A program made the position numbers and the translations under genes. A stretch of 64,000 nucleotides of DNA, taken from positions 2,240,001 to 2,304,000 of the forward strand of contig OZ253375.1 of assembly GCA_965261005.1 (NCBI GenBank), given 5' to 3'. Of the stretch, positions 46,214 to 56,245 are shown in pieces. The stretch comes from Deinococcus sp. (lineage in GTDB: Bacteria; Deinococcota; Deinococci; Deinococcales; Deinococcaceae). The notes beneath the pieces were generated by a model that was not told the DNA's origin, searched no databases, and was given only the letters and a program-made list of their open reading frames with translations. Position 1 is the first letter of the stretch; every line of letters begins with the position of its first letter.

Positions 46214-47154
46214 CCGCCCAAGGTTTGCCCCAGGTGGAGGTCGTGCTGGCGACCTACAACGGCGAACGGTACCTGGCCCGGCAAACTGAGTCCATCCTGG
46301 CGCAGCGGGAGGTAAGGGTACGCCTGCTGATCTCCGACGACGGCTCCCAGGACGGCACGCCGGGGCTATTGCGGCGCCTGGCCGCCCAGGACGACAGAAT
46401 TCAGCTGCTGGACGCGCCCGGCAATCTCGGGCCGGCGCGTCGCTTCGGGCTGCTGCTGGAGCAGACGGGGACCGAGTACGTGCTGTGCAGCGATCAAGAC
46501 GACGTGTGGCACCCCGACAAGGTGCGCGACAGCTTAAGATGGATGCGCTTGGCCGAGGCGCGCCGGCCGGGAACGCCGCTCTTGGTCCACACCGATTTGA
46601 CGGTGGTGGACGAGCGGCTGAACGTCGTCGCGCCGTCGTTTTTTGGGCTGCGCGGCCTCGATCCGCAGCCCGCGCTGTCCCGGCTGCTGGTCCAAAATAG
46701 CGTTACCGGCTGCACCATGCTGCTCAACCGCGCCCTCTTGCGCGCGGGCTTGCCGGTGCCGCAAGAAGCGGTGTTGCACGACTGGTGGTTCGCCTTGGTG
46801 GCCCGCAGCCACGGCGCCGTCGCCTTTTGGCCGCAGCCGACCTTGCTGTACCGCCAGCACCAAGCCAACGCGGTGGGCGCGCGTCAGGCCGTGCTGGGCG
46901 CCCGCGTGCGCGGCTTCGCGCGCAAGCTGGGGTCGGGCCAGCCCGACCCCTTGCAACTCGCCCGCGGGGTGCAGGCGGCGGCCCTGCTGGAAAGGCTGAA
47001 CCGCAACGGCGTTGCCGGGCCGGGAGCGCGGGAGGTGGCGGCCTACCTGCGGGCCATGCGCGCCCCCAGCTGGCAGCGCAAGTGGCTCACCTTGTCGCGC
47101 GGCTACCTGCCCTCGGATTGGAAGCAGGCTTTGTCGCTGTTGCTGCGCCTGTAG
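46210..47154 (+). CDS. GT2 glycosyltransferase (rhamnosyltransferase-like)
   Basis: LATYNGERYL, DDGSQD, SDQDDVW, VTGCT, HDWW and YRQH..N.VG. Confidence 0.9.
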   Translation: MTAQGLPQVEVVLATYNGERYLARQTESILAQREVRVRLLISDDGSQDGTPGLLRRLAAQDDRIQLLDAPGNLGPARRFGLLLEQTGTEYVLCSDQDDVWHPDKVRDSLRWMRLAEARRPGTPLLVHTDLTVVDERLNVVAPSFFGLRGLDPQPALSRLLVQNSVTGCTMLLNRALLRAGLPVPQEAVLHDWWFALVARSHGAVAFWPQPTLLYRQHQANAVGARQAVLGARVRGFARKLGSGQPDPLQLARGVQAAALLERLNRNGVAGPGAREVAAYLRAMRAPSWQRKWLTLSRGYLPSDWKQALSLLLRL

Positions 47155-47182
47155 TGATCACGTCCGCTAGAGTGGGTGGGCC

Positions 47183-49060
47183 GTGACGACCGACCCTGCT
47201 CCTCACCCCCTGGTCTTCATCGTCGTCCTCAACTGGAACGGTTGGCGCGACACCGTGGAGTGCTTGGACGCCCTGCGCTTTTTGCGCTACCCTAATTTCA
47301 GGGTGCTGGTCGTGGACAACGCCTCCGGCGACGGCTCGGTCGCCGAGCTGCGGGCGCGCTTTCCGGAACTGGAGATCATCGAGAACCCGGCCAACCTCGG
47401 CTTCGCGGCAGGCAACAACGTCGGCATTCGCCGGGCGCTGACCCTCGGGGCGGACTACGTGTGGTTGCTCAACAACGACACGGCGGTCAGCTCGGGGGCG
47501 CTGGGCGCGCTGGTGGAGTTGGCGGAGCGTGACCCGCGCGCGGGCGTGGTCGGGTCGGTGCTGCGCGAGTACGCCGTGCCCAACAACATTCAGGCTTGGG
47601 GCGGCGGGGCGCTGCGGCCGTGGCTGGGCACCACCACCCAGTTCACGCAGGCGCGGGGCGAGGTGGACCATGTCATCGGCGCGAGCATGCTGCTGCGCGC
47701 GGGCATGCTGCGCGCGGTCGGCCCCCTCGACGAGGACTTCTTCTTCTTCATGGAGGACACCGAGCTAAGTTTGCGCGCGCGCCGGGCGGGTTGGCGCGTG
47801 CGGGTGGCGCCGGGCAGCTGGGTGTTTCACAAGGGGGGATCGAGCTTGCGCGCGGCGGGGGGCCACCGCAACCTGGCCGCCGACCACCTCTACGCGGAGA
47901 GCAACGGCGTCTACCTCGCCAAGTACTCGGGCGTGCCCGCGCTCTTGGTCCGGCTCTTCACGTTGACCCTGCGGCGCCTCGGGCGGGGCGAGGCGGGGCG
48001 GGCGCTGCCGGTTGCGGCCAGCTTGTGGCGCGGCTATTGGGCGCAAAGGCGGCGAGACCGTCAAAAAGCCCGGCCGCGCCGCGCGCTCTACGACGCCCGC
48101 TGGACGGGTCACCACGGCATCGCCCGCTTTTCGCGCGAGGTGCTGTCCCGGCTGCCGGCCGCAGAGCGGCTGACGCGCGGCGACCCCCTCTCGCTCCTCG
48201 ACCCCCTGAGGGTCGCCTTCACCCTGCTTCGCGCCCGCCCCCCCATCTATTTCTCGCCGGGCTTCAACCCGCCGCTCTTCTCGCCCGTTCCCTTCATGTT
48301 CACCATCCACGACCTGATCCACCTCGACGTGCCGGAGGAGAGCAGTTTCTCCAAGCAGCTCTACTACGCCCTGTTCGTGCGCCCGGCGGCGCGGCGGGCG
48401 TTCCGGGTGCTGACGGTGTCCGAATATTCGAGAAAAAGAATCGCCGGGTGGGCCGGTATTCCACTTGAAAAGGTCGTGGTGGTCGGCGCCGGTGCGGACG
48501 CGCGCTTCTCGCCGGACGGCCCCGCGCACGCGCCGGGCTACCCCTACATTCTGTGCGTCGCCAACCGCAAGCCGCACCGCAACCTGCCGCGTTTGCTGGA
48601 AGCCTTCGCGCTTCTAGACGATTCTGACTTGCGTTTGGTCCTGAGCGGCGACCCCGACCCGGACACCGTTCACTTGGCGCTGCGGCTGGGCGTCTACAGC
48701 CGTTTGGTTTTCGCCGGCCTGATTCCCGAGGCGGGATTGCCCGCCTACTACCGGGGCGCCACTTTGGTAGCGGTTCCCTCGCTGTACGAGGGCTTCGGCC
48801 TCCCCGCCCTGGAGGCGATGGCGTGCGGCACGCCGGTCGCGTGCTCGGACGCGACCTCGCTGCCCGAGGTGGTGGGTGACGCGGCGCTGCTGTTCAATCC
48901 CCACGACGCTGGCGCGATTATGCGCGCGCTCAGCAGGCTGCTTGGCGACGCCGCCCTGCGCGACGAGTTGCGGCGGCGGGGTCTGGAGCGGGCCACCCGT
49001 TTCAGTTGGGAACGCACCGCCAGCTTGATCGCCGTCTGCCTGAGCACGGCTGGAAGGTAA
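47183..49060 (+). CDS. Bifunctional GT2-GT4 glycosyltransferase
   Basis: N-terminal VLNWNG, VDNASGD, NLGFAAGNN, LLNND and EDTE (GT2); C-terminal TIHDL, SLYEGFGLPALEAMACG and FSWE (GT4). Confidence 0.88.
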   Translation: MTTDPAPHPLVFIVVLNWNGWRDTVECLDALRFLRYPNFRVLVVDNASGDGSVAELRARFPELEIIENPANLGFAAGNNVGIRRALTLGADYVWLLNNDTAVSSGALGALVELAERDPRAGVVGSVLREYAVPNNIQAWGGGALRPWLGTTTQFTQARGEVDHVIGASMLLRAGMLRAVGPLDEDFFFFMEDTELSLRARRAGWRVRVAPGSWVFHKGGSSLRAAGGHRNLAADHLYAESNGVYLAKYSGVPALLVRLFTLTLRRLGRGEAGRALPVAASLWRGYWAQRRRDRQKARPRRALYDARWTGHHGIARFSREVLSRLPAAERLTRGDPLSLLDPLRVAFTLLRARPPIYFSPGFNPPLFSPVPFMFTIHDLIHLDVPEESSFSKQLYYALFVRPAARRAFRVLTVSEYSRKRIAGWAGIPLEKVVVVGAGADARFSPDGPAHAPGYPYILCVANRKPHRNLPRLLEAFALLDDSDLRLVLSGDPDPDTVHLALRLGVYSRLVFAGLIPEAGLPAYYRGATLVAVPSLYEGFGLPALEAMACGTPVACSDATSLPEVVGDAALLFNPHDAGAIMRALSRLLGDAALRDELRRRGLERATRFSWERTASLIAVCLSTAGR

Positions 49061-49064
49061 GGGC

Positions 49065-50387
49065 GTGCCCGCTCGCGCACAGCAGCTTGATTCGCCCGTG
49101 CGATTGGTGCCGGCCTCACAAACGGCTGTTCTCAAGCAGAAGGTCATGTGGCCGCTGCTGGCGCTGCTCGTCTTCGCCGTCGCGCACTATGCCTACCGTT
49201 ACGTTTTGCAGGTGAGCGAAGACGCCACCTCGCCGCGGTACCACGACACCCCGCCGGCGCTGAGCCTGCTCAAGGACGCCGCCTTAGCGCTGTTCTTGCT
49301 CGCGACCTTGTGGCGCTTTACGGCGCGTCGCCTTCGCTTCGCGCGTCGTCACGCGCTGCTGTTTCAGCTCGCCGTGGCCGTTCACTTGTGGGCGCTCATC
49401 AGCGTGGTCGTTCATGTTCTGAACGGTGAGGCGTTCGCCAGCGCTTTGCTCGCCTACCGCTACTTGTGGCTGTACAGCGCCATGATCCCGTTGGTGTTGT
49501 TGCTTCCGCGTGAGCGCGCGCACGTGACGTTGCGGCTGCTCGCGCGCGCCTTGTTGCCTTTGCTCAGCGTGTTTTGGCTGCTCACGGTCTGGTTGTACGT
49601 CGCGCGCGGACGGCTGCCCGCGCTGTCTTACCCCGGCAACGTCCGCTTTGGCGGCATTCTCGACGATCCGAACGGCTACGGCGTGCTGTGCGTTTTTTTG
49701 CTCGCCGCGCTGTGGGGCCGGGTGCGCTGGCCGTGGCTGTTGGCGCTGTTGGTGATGATCTTGGGCACGCGCAGCCTCAGCGCGGCGCTTTCCCTGCTGG
49801 TCTTTACGCTGGTTGCGCTGTGGCCCCGCGCCGCGCGCTTTGTAACGGCCCACGTGAACCGTCGGCACCCGGCGCCGCTACAATTGCGCATTCGCCGGGC
49901 ACTTTTTTTGCGCTTGGCGTTTTACGCCGCCGTCCTGCCGCCGGTCGCCGGCGTGGCGTTTTACGCTTGGGTTCGTATCAGCGCCGCCCTGGGCAGCTGG
50001 TGGAGTGCCAAGCAGGGCAGCTTGGAGGCGCACGCGTCAGACGTTCCACGCGCCCTGGCGCAACTCGGGGAGCGCAACGCGCTCGAATTGCTGTTCGGGG
50101 GCGGGGGCTTCAGCGAAAATCTGTACCTGTACGCCTTGCTGAACTTCGGGGTGTTCGGCCTGACGCTCCTCCTGCTGCTGGCGGGACTGTTGGTCGTCAG
50201 CGCCCTCACGTCCTGCGACCCCTTGGCGTACCGGCTGGGCGCGTGGGGCGTCTCGGTGCTGGCGGCGTCCTTTGCCATTCCCTACCTTCAGGTCTACCCG
50301 GTGAACTTGCTGTTTTGGACTGGACTCACGTTGGCCGTATCCGGAGCCTCTGTCCGGCCCCGCGGCGCTTCCGGCGTCAACGGGTAG
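49065..50387 (+). CDS. Putative polysaccharide polymerase (Wzy)/O-antigen ligase-like membrane protein
   Basis: Multi-TM; RFGGILDDPNGYG and ENLY...NFGVFG; start uncertain (may be ATG 49146). Confidence 0.65.
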   Translation: MPARAQQLDSPVRLVPASQTAVLKQKVMWPLLALLVFAVAHYAYRYVLQVSEDATSPRYHDTPPALSLLKDAALALFLLATLWRFTARRLRFARRHALLFQLAVAVHLWALISVVVHVLNGEAFASALLAYRYLWLYSAMIPLVLLLPRERAHVTLRLLARALLPLLSVFWLLTVWLYVARGRLPALSYPGNVRFGGILDDPNGYGVLCVFLLAALWGRVRWPWLLALLVMILGTRSLSAALSLLVFTLVALWPRAARFVTAHVNRRHPAPLQLRIRRALFLRLAFYAAVLPPVAGVAFYAWVRISAALGSWWSAKQGSLEAHASDVPRALAQLGERNALELLFGGGGFSENLYLYALLNFGVFGLTLLLLLAGLLVVSALTSCDPLAYRLGAWGVSVLAASFAIPYLQVYPVNLLFWTGLTLAVSGASVRPRGASGVNG

Positions 50388-50468
50388 CAAAACAAAAAGG
50401 AGACGTTATTTGAAAGCTGAACTTTCTTTGCTCAGGAGATGTGCTTTTTGGCTTGGCGCGGGTTGCCG

Positions 50469-51608
50469 GTGAAAACTGCCATCGTCCACGAGTGGCTCAC
50501 CACTTACGCCGGCTCGGAAAAGGTGGTCGAGGGCTTTCTCGATCTGTTTCCGACCGCCCCGATCTTCACGCTGGTCCACCAACCGCAGAACTTCGTCGGC
50601 ACGGTGTTTGAGGGCCGCGACGTCCGCACCTCCTTTATCCAGAACCTGCCCTTGGGGGCGCGCAAGTACCAAAGCTATCTGCCGCTGATGCCGCTGGCCG
50701 TCGAGCAGTTCGACCTGTCCGGCTTTGAGCTGATCCTATCGAGCAATCACGCCGTCGCCAAGGGGGTGCGCGCGCCCGCCGGCGCGCTGCACGTCAGCTA
50801 CGTGCACACGCCGGTGCGCTACGCCTGGGACTTGCAGGATCCGTACTTGAAGGAGGCGGGATTGGAGACGGGGGCGAAGGGCGCCCTGGCGCGCGCCGCG
50901 CTGCACTACCTGCGGCTGTGGGACCACGGGACCGCCCACCGCGCCGACGTGTTCCTCGCGAACTCCGCCTACGTGGCGCGGCGCGTGTGGCGGGCTTACC
51001 GCCGCCCGGCGCGTGTGCTGTACCCCCCCGTGGACGTGGAGCGCTTCGATTGGGAAAGGCCGCGCGAAGACTTCTACTTCACCTTTTCGCGCATGGTGCC
51101 GTACAAAAAGCTCGACTTGATCGTGGAAGCGTTCACGCGGCTGGACAAGCCCCTGATCGTGCTGGGCGACGGCCCCGAGCACGAGAAGATAGCGGCGCTG
51201 GCCGGGCCGAACGTGACCCTACTCAGGGGAAACGACGCCGTGGTGGCCGATTTGCTCGCCCGCTGCAAGGCCCTCGTGTTCGCCGCCGACGAGGACTTCG
51301 GCATCGTGCCGGTGGAGGCGCAGGCGGCCGGCGCCCCGGTGATCGCCTACGGGCACGGCGGCGTGCTGGAGTCGGTGGTGGCGGGGGAGACCGGGGTGTT
51401 GTATGAGGAGCAAAGCGTGGACAGCCTGGTGAGGGCGGTAGAGCGGTTCGAGGCCCTGTCCCCCTTCGACGCCGCCGCCATTCGCCGTAATGCTGAGCGT
51501 TTCTCCAAACGGCGCTTTTGGCAAGGTCTCGACGAGGTGCTGGACCTGTCGTGGTCGGCCTTCAAGTCGGGGCGCGACCCGGAGACGGTTCTCTTCCCCA
51601 AGCCCTAA
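50469..51608 (+). CDS. GT4 glycosyltransferase (WbaZ-like)
   Basis: [25 protein letters not shown] and [17 protein letters not shown] start. Confidence 0.88.
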   Translation: MKTAIVHEWLTTYAGSEKVVEGFLDLFPTAPIFTLVHQPQNFVGTVFEGRDVRTSFIQNLPLGARKYQSYLPLMPLAVEQFDLSGFELILSSNHAVAKGVRAPAGALHVSYVHTPVRYAWDLQDPYLKEAGLETGAKGALARAALHYLRLWDHGTAHRADVFLANSAYVARRVWRAYRRPARVLYPPVDVERFDWERPREDFYFTFSRMVPYKKLDLIVEAFTRLDKPLIVLGDGPEHEKIAALAGPNVTLLRGNDAVVADLLARCKALVFAADEDFGIVPVEAQAAGAPVIAYGHGGVLESVVAGETGVLYEEQSVDSLVRAVERFEALSPFDAAAIRRNAERFSKRRFWQGLDEVLDLSWSAFKSGRDPETVLFPKP

Positions 51609-52749
51609 AGGCCATGCCCAGCGTCGCCCAAAACAGCTCGGCGAAGTGCGGGCTGGGCACCGCCGTCACCACGTCTACCAGGTTCATGGCCGTGAAGCCC
51701 CAAAAGACGGCCAGCAGCAGCCCGTCCCCCGCGCGCCACACCGCCACGCCGCCCAGCAGCATCACGGCGAGTAAGCCCAGCGTCCCGATCACGCCCGTCT
51801 CGGCGAGGCTGTGCAGCACCAGGTTGTGCGCGATCAGCCAAGCGCCCCGGAAGCGCGCCAGCCAGGCGGGGCAGTGAATGCCGGCCTGCTCCAAGGTCGG
51901 CGTCAGTTGGCAGCGGTCGGTGTACAAAAAGGCGAGATACGGCCCGATCTGGTACGGCCCCTCCCCGCCGACCGGCGAGTTCTCAAAGGCGCGCACCGCC
52001 CCCTCCCACACCTGGTCGCGCCCGCTCAGGCCGAAGGTCAGCAGACGCTCGACCGGAGGGAAGCTGCGCAGGCTGGGAATCAGGCCCAGGGCCGCCACGG
52101 CGATGACGGCCAGCACCGCCAAGCTGCGCAGCTGCCGCCTGTTTCCGGCGATCACGGCCGCCAGCGCCCCCACCGCGTAGGCCAGCAGCGGCCCCCGGCT
52201 GCCCGAGGCCAGCAGGGTCACGAGGGCCAGCGCACCCACTGGAAAGCGCCACAGGGGGGAGGCTCCCTTCCACGACACCACCAGCCACAAGCACACCGCC
52301 GCGATCAGGCCGAGGGAGACGTAGTAGTAGTAGGGATGGCCCAGGCGGCTTTGCAGGCCCGCCACCCCCACGGTCGTGAGCGTAAAGGCCCAGGCCGTGA
52401 CGAAGACGGCGACGTAGCCCCACACCAGGGGGCGCAGCGCCGCGCTTTGGCGCAGATAGGCCCCGCCCGCGATCATGGCCAGCACAAAGAACGTCCGGGC
52501 GGCGGCCAGCCCCAGCGACAACAGGGGCGCGGGCGTGAACAGCGCGGCCACCAATTGGCTCGCCGTGAAAAAGGCGAGGACGTACTGGACTGCTCTCGGC
52601 AACCTTCGCAGTTGCCCCAGCGCCCCAAAAGCCGCGAGGTAGAGTGGGGGAATGACGGGAATCAGGGCGATCAGCCAAGCCAGGCGGTCCGTTTGCCTCG
52701 CTTGATGGGGAGCGGGCGGGGCGCCGTTTGGCCTGGAACGGGAGAACAC
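51562..52749 (-). CDS. O-antigen ligase-family membrane protein
   Basis: Multi-TM; SGSRG, SGRDQVW and AHNLVLH.L.ETG..G; GTG 7 nt after TATACT. Confidence 0.82.
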   Translation of the reverse strand: MFSRSRPNGAPPAPHQARQTDRLAWLIALIPVIPPLYLAAFGALGQLRRLPRAVQYVLAFFTASQLVAALFTPAPLLSLGLAAARTFFVLAMIAGGAYLRQSAALRPLVWGYVAVFVTAWAFTLTTVGVAGLQSRLGHPYYYYVSLGLIAAVCLWLVVSWKGASPLWRFPVGALALVTLLASGSRGPLLAYAVGALAAVIAGNRRQLRSLAVLAVIAVAALGLIPSLRSFPPVERLLTFGLSGRDQVWEGAVRAFENSPVGGEGPYQIGPYLAFLYTDRCQLTPTLEQAGIHCPAWLARFRGAWLIAHNLVLHSLAETGVIGTLGLLAVMLLGGVAVWRAGDGLLLAVFWGFTAMNLVDVVTAVPSPHFAELFWATLGMAFRAWGREPSPGRAPT

Positions 52750-52787
52750 GAGGTGCAGTATAAGAACTTGCCGGCGGGTCGGGCGCT

Positions 52788-53516
52788 ATGAGCGGCGTCC
52801 TGCTGACCGGGGGCAGCGGCCGGCTGGGCACGGAATTGCGGCAGCTGCTGCCGGACCTGGTCGCGCCCAGCAGCGCCGCGCTGAATGTCCTCGACCCCGA
52901 ACAGGTGCGGCAAAAGGTCCTTGAACTTCGGCCCGACTTGATCGTCCACGCGGCGGCCTACACCGACGTGGGCGCGGCCGAGCGCGAGCGGGCGCTGTGC
53001 TGGGCCGTCAACGTGGGGGGCACGCGGGCCATTGCGCGGGCGGCGAACGCGGCGGGCGCCAAGCTGCTGCATATCTCGACCGACTACGTCTTCGATGGGA
53101 CGCGCGGCCATTACCAAGAGGACGATCCCCTCGGGCCGCCCGTCAACTCCTACGCCCTGACCAAGCTGGTGGCTGAGGAGGCGGCGCGCGGCGCGCACAG
53201 CCACCTGATCGTGCGCACCTCGTTTCGCCCGCGCGTGTGGCCCTACGAAACCGCCTTTACCGACGTGTTCACCGGGCAGGACTACGTGGACGTGATCGCC
53301 CCCGAGATCGCGCGGGTGATCCGGGAATATACCCGTATCCCTTACGACACCCTGCACGTCGTCACCGAGCGCAAGAGCGTCTACGGCCTGGCAAAGCGCC
53401 GCAAGCCGGACGTGCGCCCCGGCACGCGCGCGGAGGCCGGCGTCACGCTGCCCGCTGACGTGTCGCTGGACACTTCACGCTGGCAGGCGCTCAAAGCAGT
53501 CCTCCAAACGCTATGA
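52788..53516 (+). CDS. rmlD: dTDP-4-dehydrorhamnose reductase
   Basis: TGGSGRLG, HAAAYTDV, HISTDYVFDG and YALTK. Confidence 0.9.
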   Translation: MSGVLLTGGSGRLGTELRQLLPDLVAPSSAALNVLDPEQVRQKVLELRPDLIVHAAAYTDVGAAERERALCWAVNVGGTRAIARAANAAGAKLLHISTDYVFDGTRGHYQEDDPLGPPVNSYALTKLVAEEAARGAHSHLIVRTSFRPRVWPYETAFTDVFTGQDYVDVIAPEIARVIREYTRIPYDTLHVVTERKSVYGLAKRRKPDVRPGTRAEAGVTLPADVSLDTSRWQALKAVLQTL

Positions 53517-53565
53517 TGCGGCGGCGCCGGGCAGACTTCGCGGGGCGCTTCCAAGGAGAACCTTC

Positions 53566-54582
53566 ATGCACTTGCTCGTCACCGGCGGTTGCGGGTTCAT
53601 CGGCAGCAACTTCGTCCGCTACTGGATGGGGTCGCACGACGACCGCATCACCGTCCTCGACAAACTGACCTACGCCGGGCGCCGCGAAAACCTGGATGAT
53701 TTGTGGGGGGACGCGTGCCTGAATTTGGTCGTGGGCGACATCTCCAACCAAGCCTTGGTACGGCAGATTTGCCTTGAGGGGCGGGTTGAACTGATCGTGA
53801 ACTTCGCGGCCGAGACCCACGTGGACCAAAGCATTCTGGGGCCGCTCATCTTTACCGACACCAACGTGCGCGGCACCCATGTGCTGCTGGAGGTGGCGCG
53901 CGAGCTGGGTATCCGCCTGCACCACGTCAGCACCGACGAGGTCTACGGCCATGTGGCGGGCGACCACCAAAGCTTAGAGACCGACCCGCTTGCCCCCCGC
54001 AGCCCCTACAGCGCCTCCAAGGCGGCGGCCGACCAGTTGGCGCTGGCCTACTTCATCACCTACGGCGTCCCTGTCACCATCACGCGCGGCGCCAATAACG
54101 TCGGCCCCTACCAATACCCCGAAAAGGCCGTGCCGCTGTTTGCCACCAACGCCCTGCTCGGCGAGCCGCTGCCGGTGTACGGCGACGGCCTCCAGATGCG
54201 CGACTACGCCCATGTCCTCGACCATTGCAGCGGCATCGAGGCGGTCTTACAGAGGGGTCGGCTCGGCGAGGTCTACAACGTCGGCACCGGCCGCGAGATG
54301 ACCAACCTGGAGATGGTGGACATCGTACTGGACATCCTTGGCAAGGGGCGCGAGCTGATCCGTCACGTGACCGACCGGCCCGGCCACGACCGCCGCTACA
54401 GCTTGAACGTGGACAAGCTGAAAGCTCTCGGCTGGCAACCCCAGTTCGCCCCCCGCGAGGCGGTCGCCGCCGCCGCGAAGTGGTACGCCAACAACGAGGC
54501 GTGGTGGCGCCCCATTCGCGCGGGTGAGTTTCAGGACTATTACGAGCGGCAATACGCCGGGCGCCTCGCGGAGCAGGCTTGA
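53566..54582 (+). CDS. rmlB: dTDP-glucose 4,6-dehydratase
   Basis: TGGCGFIGSNF, DKLTYAG, FAAETHVD, STDEVYG, YSASKA and DRPGHDRRY. Confidence 0.96.
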   Translation: MHLLVTGGCGFIGSNFVRYWMGSHDDRITVLDKLTYAGRRENLDDLWGDACLNLVVGDISNQALVRQICLEGRVELIVNFAAETHVDQSILGPLIFTDTNVRGTHVLLEVARELGIRLHHVSTDEVYGHVAGDHQSLETDPLAPRSPYSASKAAADQLALAYFITYGVPVTITRGANNVGPYQYPEKAVPLFATNALLGEPLPVYGDGLQMRDYAHVLDHCSGIEAVLQRGRLGEVYNVGTGREMTNLEMVDIVLDILGKGRELIRHVTDRPGHDRRYSLNVDKLKALGWQPQFAPREAVAAAAKWYANNEAWWRPIRAGEFQDYYERQYAGRLAEQA

Positions 54583-55655
54583 AGGGCCTGATCCTCTCGG
54601 GCGGCAAGGGCACCCGGCTGCGCCCGCTGACCCACACCCGCGCCAAGCAGCTGGTGCCTATCGGCAACAAGGCGAATCTCGACTACGCGGTCGAAGACTT
54701 GGTGGCCTGCGGCGTGCGTGACATCGTGGTGGTGGTCTCCCCCGAGACGGGCGGGGAGGTGCGCGCCCACTTGGGCGACGGCGAGCGCTTCGGTGCGGCC
54801 TTCGAGTACGCCTTGCAGGACCGCCCGGCCGGCCTTGCCCACGCCGTCAAGATTGCCCGGCCGCTGCTCGGCGACGACCCCTTCGTGATGTACCTGGGGG
54901 ACAATTTGCTCGCCGGCGGCATCAATCACCTGACCGAGCGTTACGCGCAGGGCGACGTGGACGCCTGCCTGCTGCTGATGGAAGTCCCCAACCCGCAGGC
55001 CTTTGGGGTCGCCGTGCTGGACGAGGCGGGCCGTATCGTGCGCCTGGTTGAGAAGCCGCCGGACTTCATTAGCCCCTTCGCCCTCGTCGGCGTTTACTTG
55101 TTCAGCCCCAGAATCCACGAGGTGATCGAGACCCTGACGCCTAGCCCGCGCGGTGAGTACGAGATCACCGACGCCATTCAGGGCTTACTCGACGGCGGGC
55201 ACCGCGTCTGGGCCGAGACGGTGCGCGGCTGGTGGAAGGACACCGGCAAGCCCGAGGACTTGCTGGACGCCAACCGCCTGGTGCTGTCGCGCCTGACGCG
55301 GCGCGTCTGCGGTGAGGTGGAAGGCAGCGAGCTGGTCGGCGAGGTCGAGGTGATGGCGGGCGCGACCGTGCGGCGCTCCCGCCTGCGCGGCCCGGTCAGC
55401 ATTGCGAGGGGCGCCCTGATCGAGGACGCCTACGTCGGCCCGTACACCAGCGTTGGCGAAAACGCCGTCGTGCAGCACGCCGAGATCGAGTACAGCATCC
55501 TGATGCCGGGCAGCCGCGTCACCAACTTGTCGCGCCGCTTGGATTCGAGCATTCTCGGCGAGCAGGCCAGGGTCGAGGGCCGGGTGCGCCGCTCGCAGAC
55601 CTACCAGGTTTTTCTGGGCGACCGCTCGACCGTGATCGTGGACGGTGAGGCGTGA
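54579..55655 (+). CDS. rmlA: Glucose-1-phosphate thymidylyltransferase, long form
   Basis: GGKGTRLRPLT...KQL, YLGDN, EKP, RGEYEITDA and WKDTG, followed by a beta-helix-like C-terminus. Confidence 0.93.
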   Translation: MKGLILSGGKGTRLRPLTHTRAKQLVPIGNKANLDYAVEDLVACGVRDIVVVVSPETGGEVRAHLGDGERFGAAFEYALQDRPAGLAHAVKIARPLLGDDPFVMYLGDNLLAGGINHLTERYAQGDVDACLLLMEVPNPQAFGVAVLDEAGRIVRLVEKPPDFISPFALVGVYLFSPRIHEVIETLTPSPRGEYEITDAIQGLLDGGHRVWAETVRGWWKDTGKPEDLLDANRLVLSRLTRRVCGEVEGSELVGEVEVMAGATVRRSRLRGPVSIARGALIEDAYVGPYTSVGENAVVQHAEIEYSILMPGSRVTNLSRRLDSSILGEQARVEGRVRRSQTYQVFLGDRSTVIVDGEA

Positions 55656-56191
55656 AGGTGGAGCTTGCCCCCGAGTACGCCCGGGCGCTCACCTTCGAGA
55701 CCTACCCGCCCGCCCCGATGATCGAGGGCGTTTGGACACATCCCCTGCGCAAGAACCGCTCCGAGAACGGCGCCTTTATGGAGTATGTGCGGCTGGACGG
55801 CTCGGGCGTGCAAGGTCTGCCGGGGCAGCTGACCCCCCGCCAGATCAGCGTGTCGTGGGCGGCGCCGGAGCGCATCAACGCCTTTCACATTCACGTCTTG
55901 GAGGAGCAGAACGAAATCTGGTGCGTGCTGTCCGGTCAGCTGACGGTCTGGCTGGTGGACTGCCGCGCGGGGTCTTCCAGCTTGAATGTGAAACGCAAGC
56001 TGGTGCTTTCAGGAGAGCAGCCGACGCTGGTGTATATCCCTTCTGGGGTGGCGCACGGCTACCAAGCGGGCACGGCCGGTGCTACCTTGCTGTATGCGAT
56101 GGACGCCCAGTTCAACCTGGCGGATCCGAACGAGGGGCGGCTGAGGTGGGACGCTTTTGGGCCGGAGTTGTGGGAAGAGGACCGGGGTTAA
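55652..56191 (+). CDS. rmlC: dTDP-4-dehydrorhamnose 3,5-epimerase-like cupin
   Basis: G.F.E, AFH, LVD.R..S and VYIP.GVAHGY; completes the rml set. Confidence 0.78.
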   Translation: MKVELAPEYARALTFETYPPAPMIEGVWTHPLRKNRSENGAFMEYVRLDGSGVQGLPGQLTPRQISVSWAAPERINAFHIHVLEEQNEIWCVLSGQLTVWLVDCRAGSSSLNVKRKLVLSGEQPTLVYIPSGVAHGYQAGTAGATLLYAMDAQFNLADPNEGRLRWDAFGPELWEEDRG

Positions 56192-56245
56192 CTTGTCTCG
56201 TTTTCAAGCGTTGCGAATCAATTCTTGCGTCAAGAATAAAAACTT

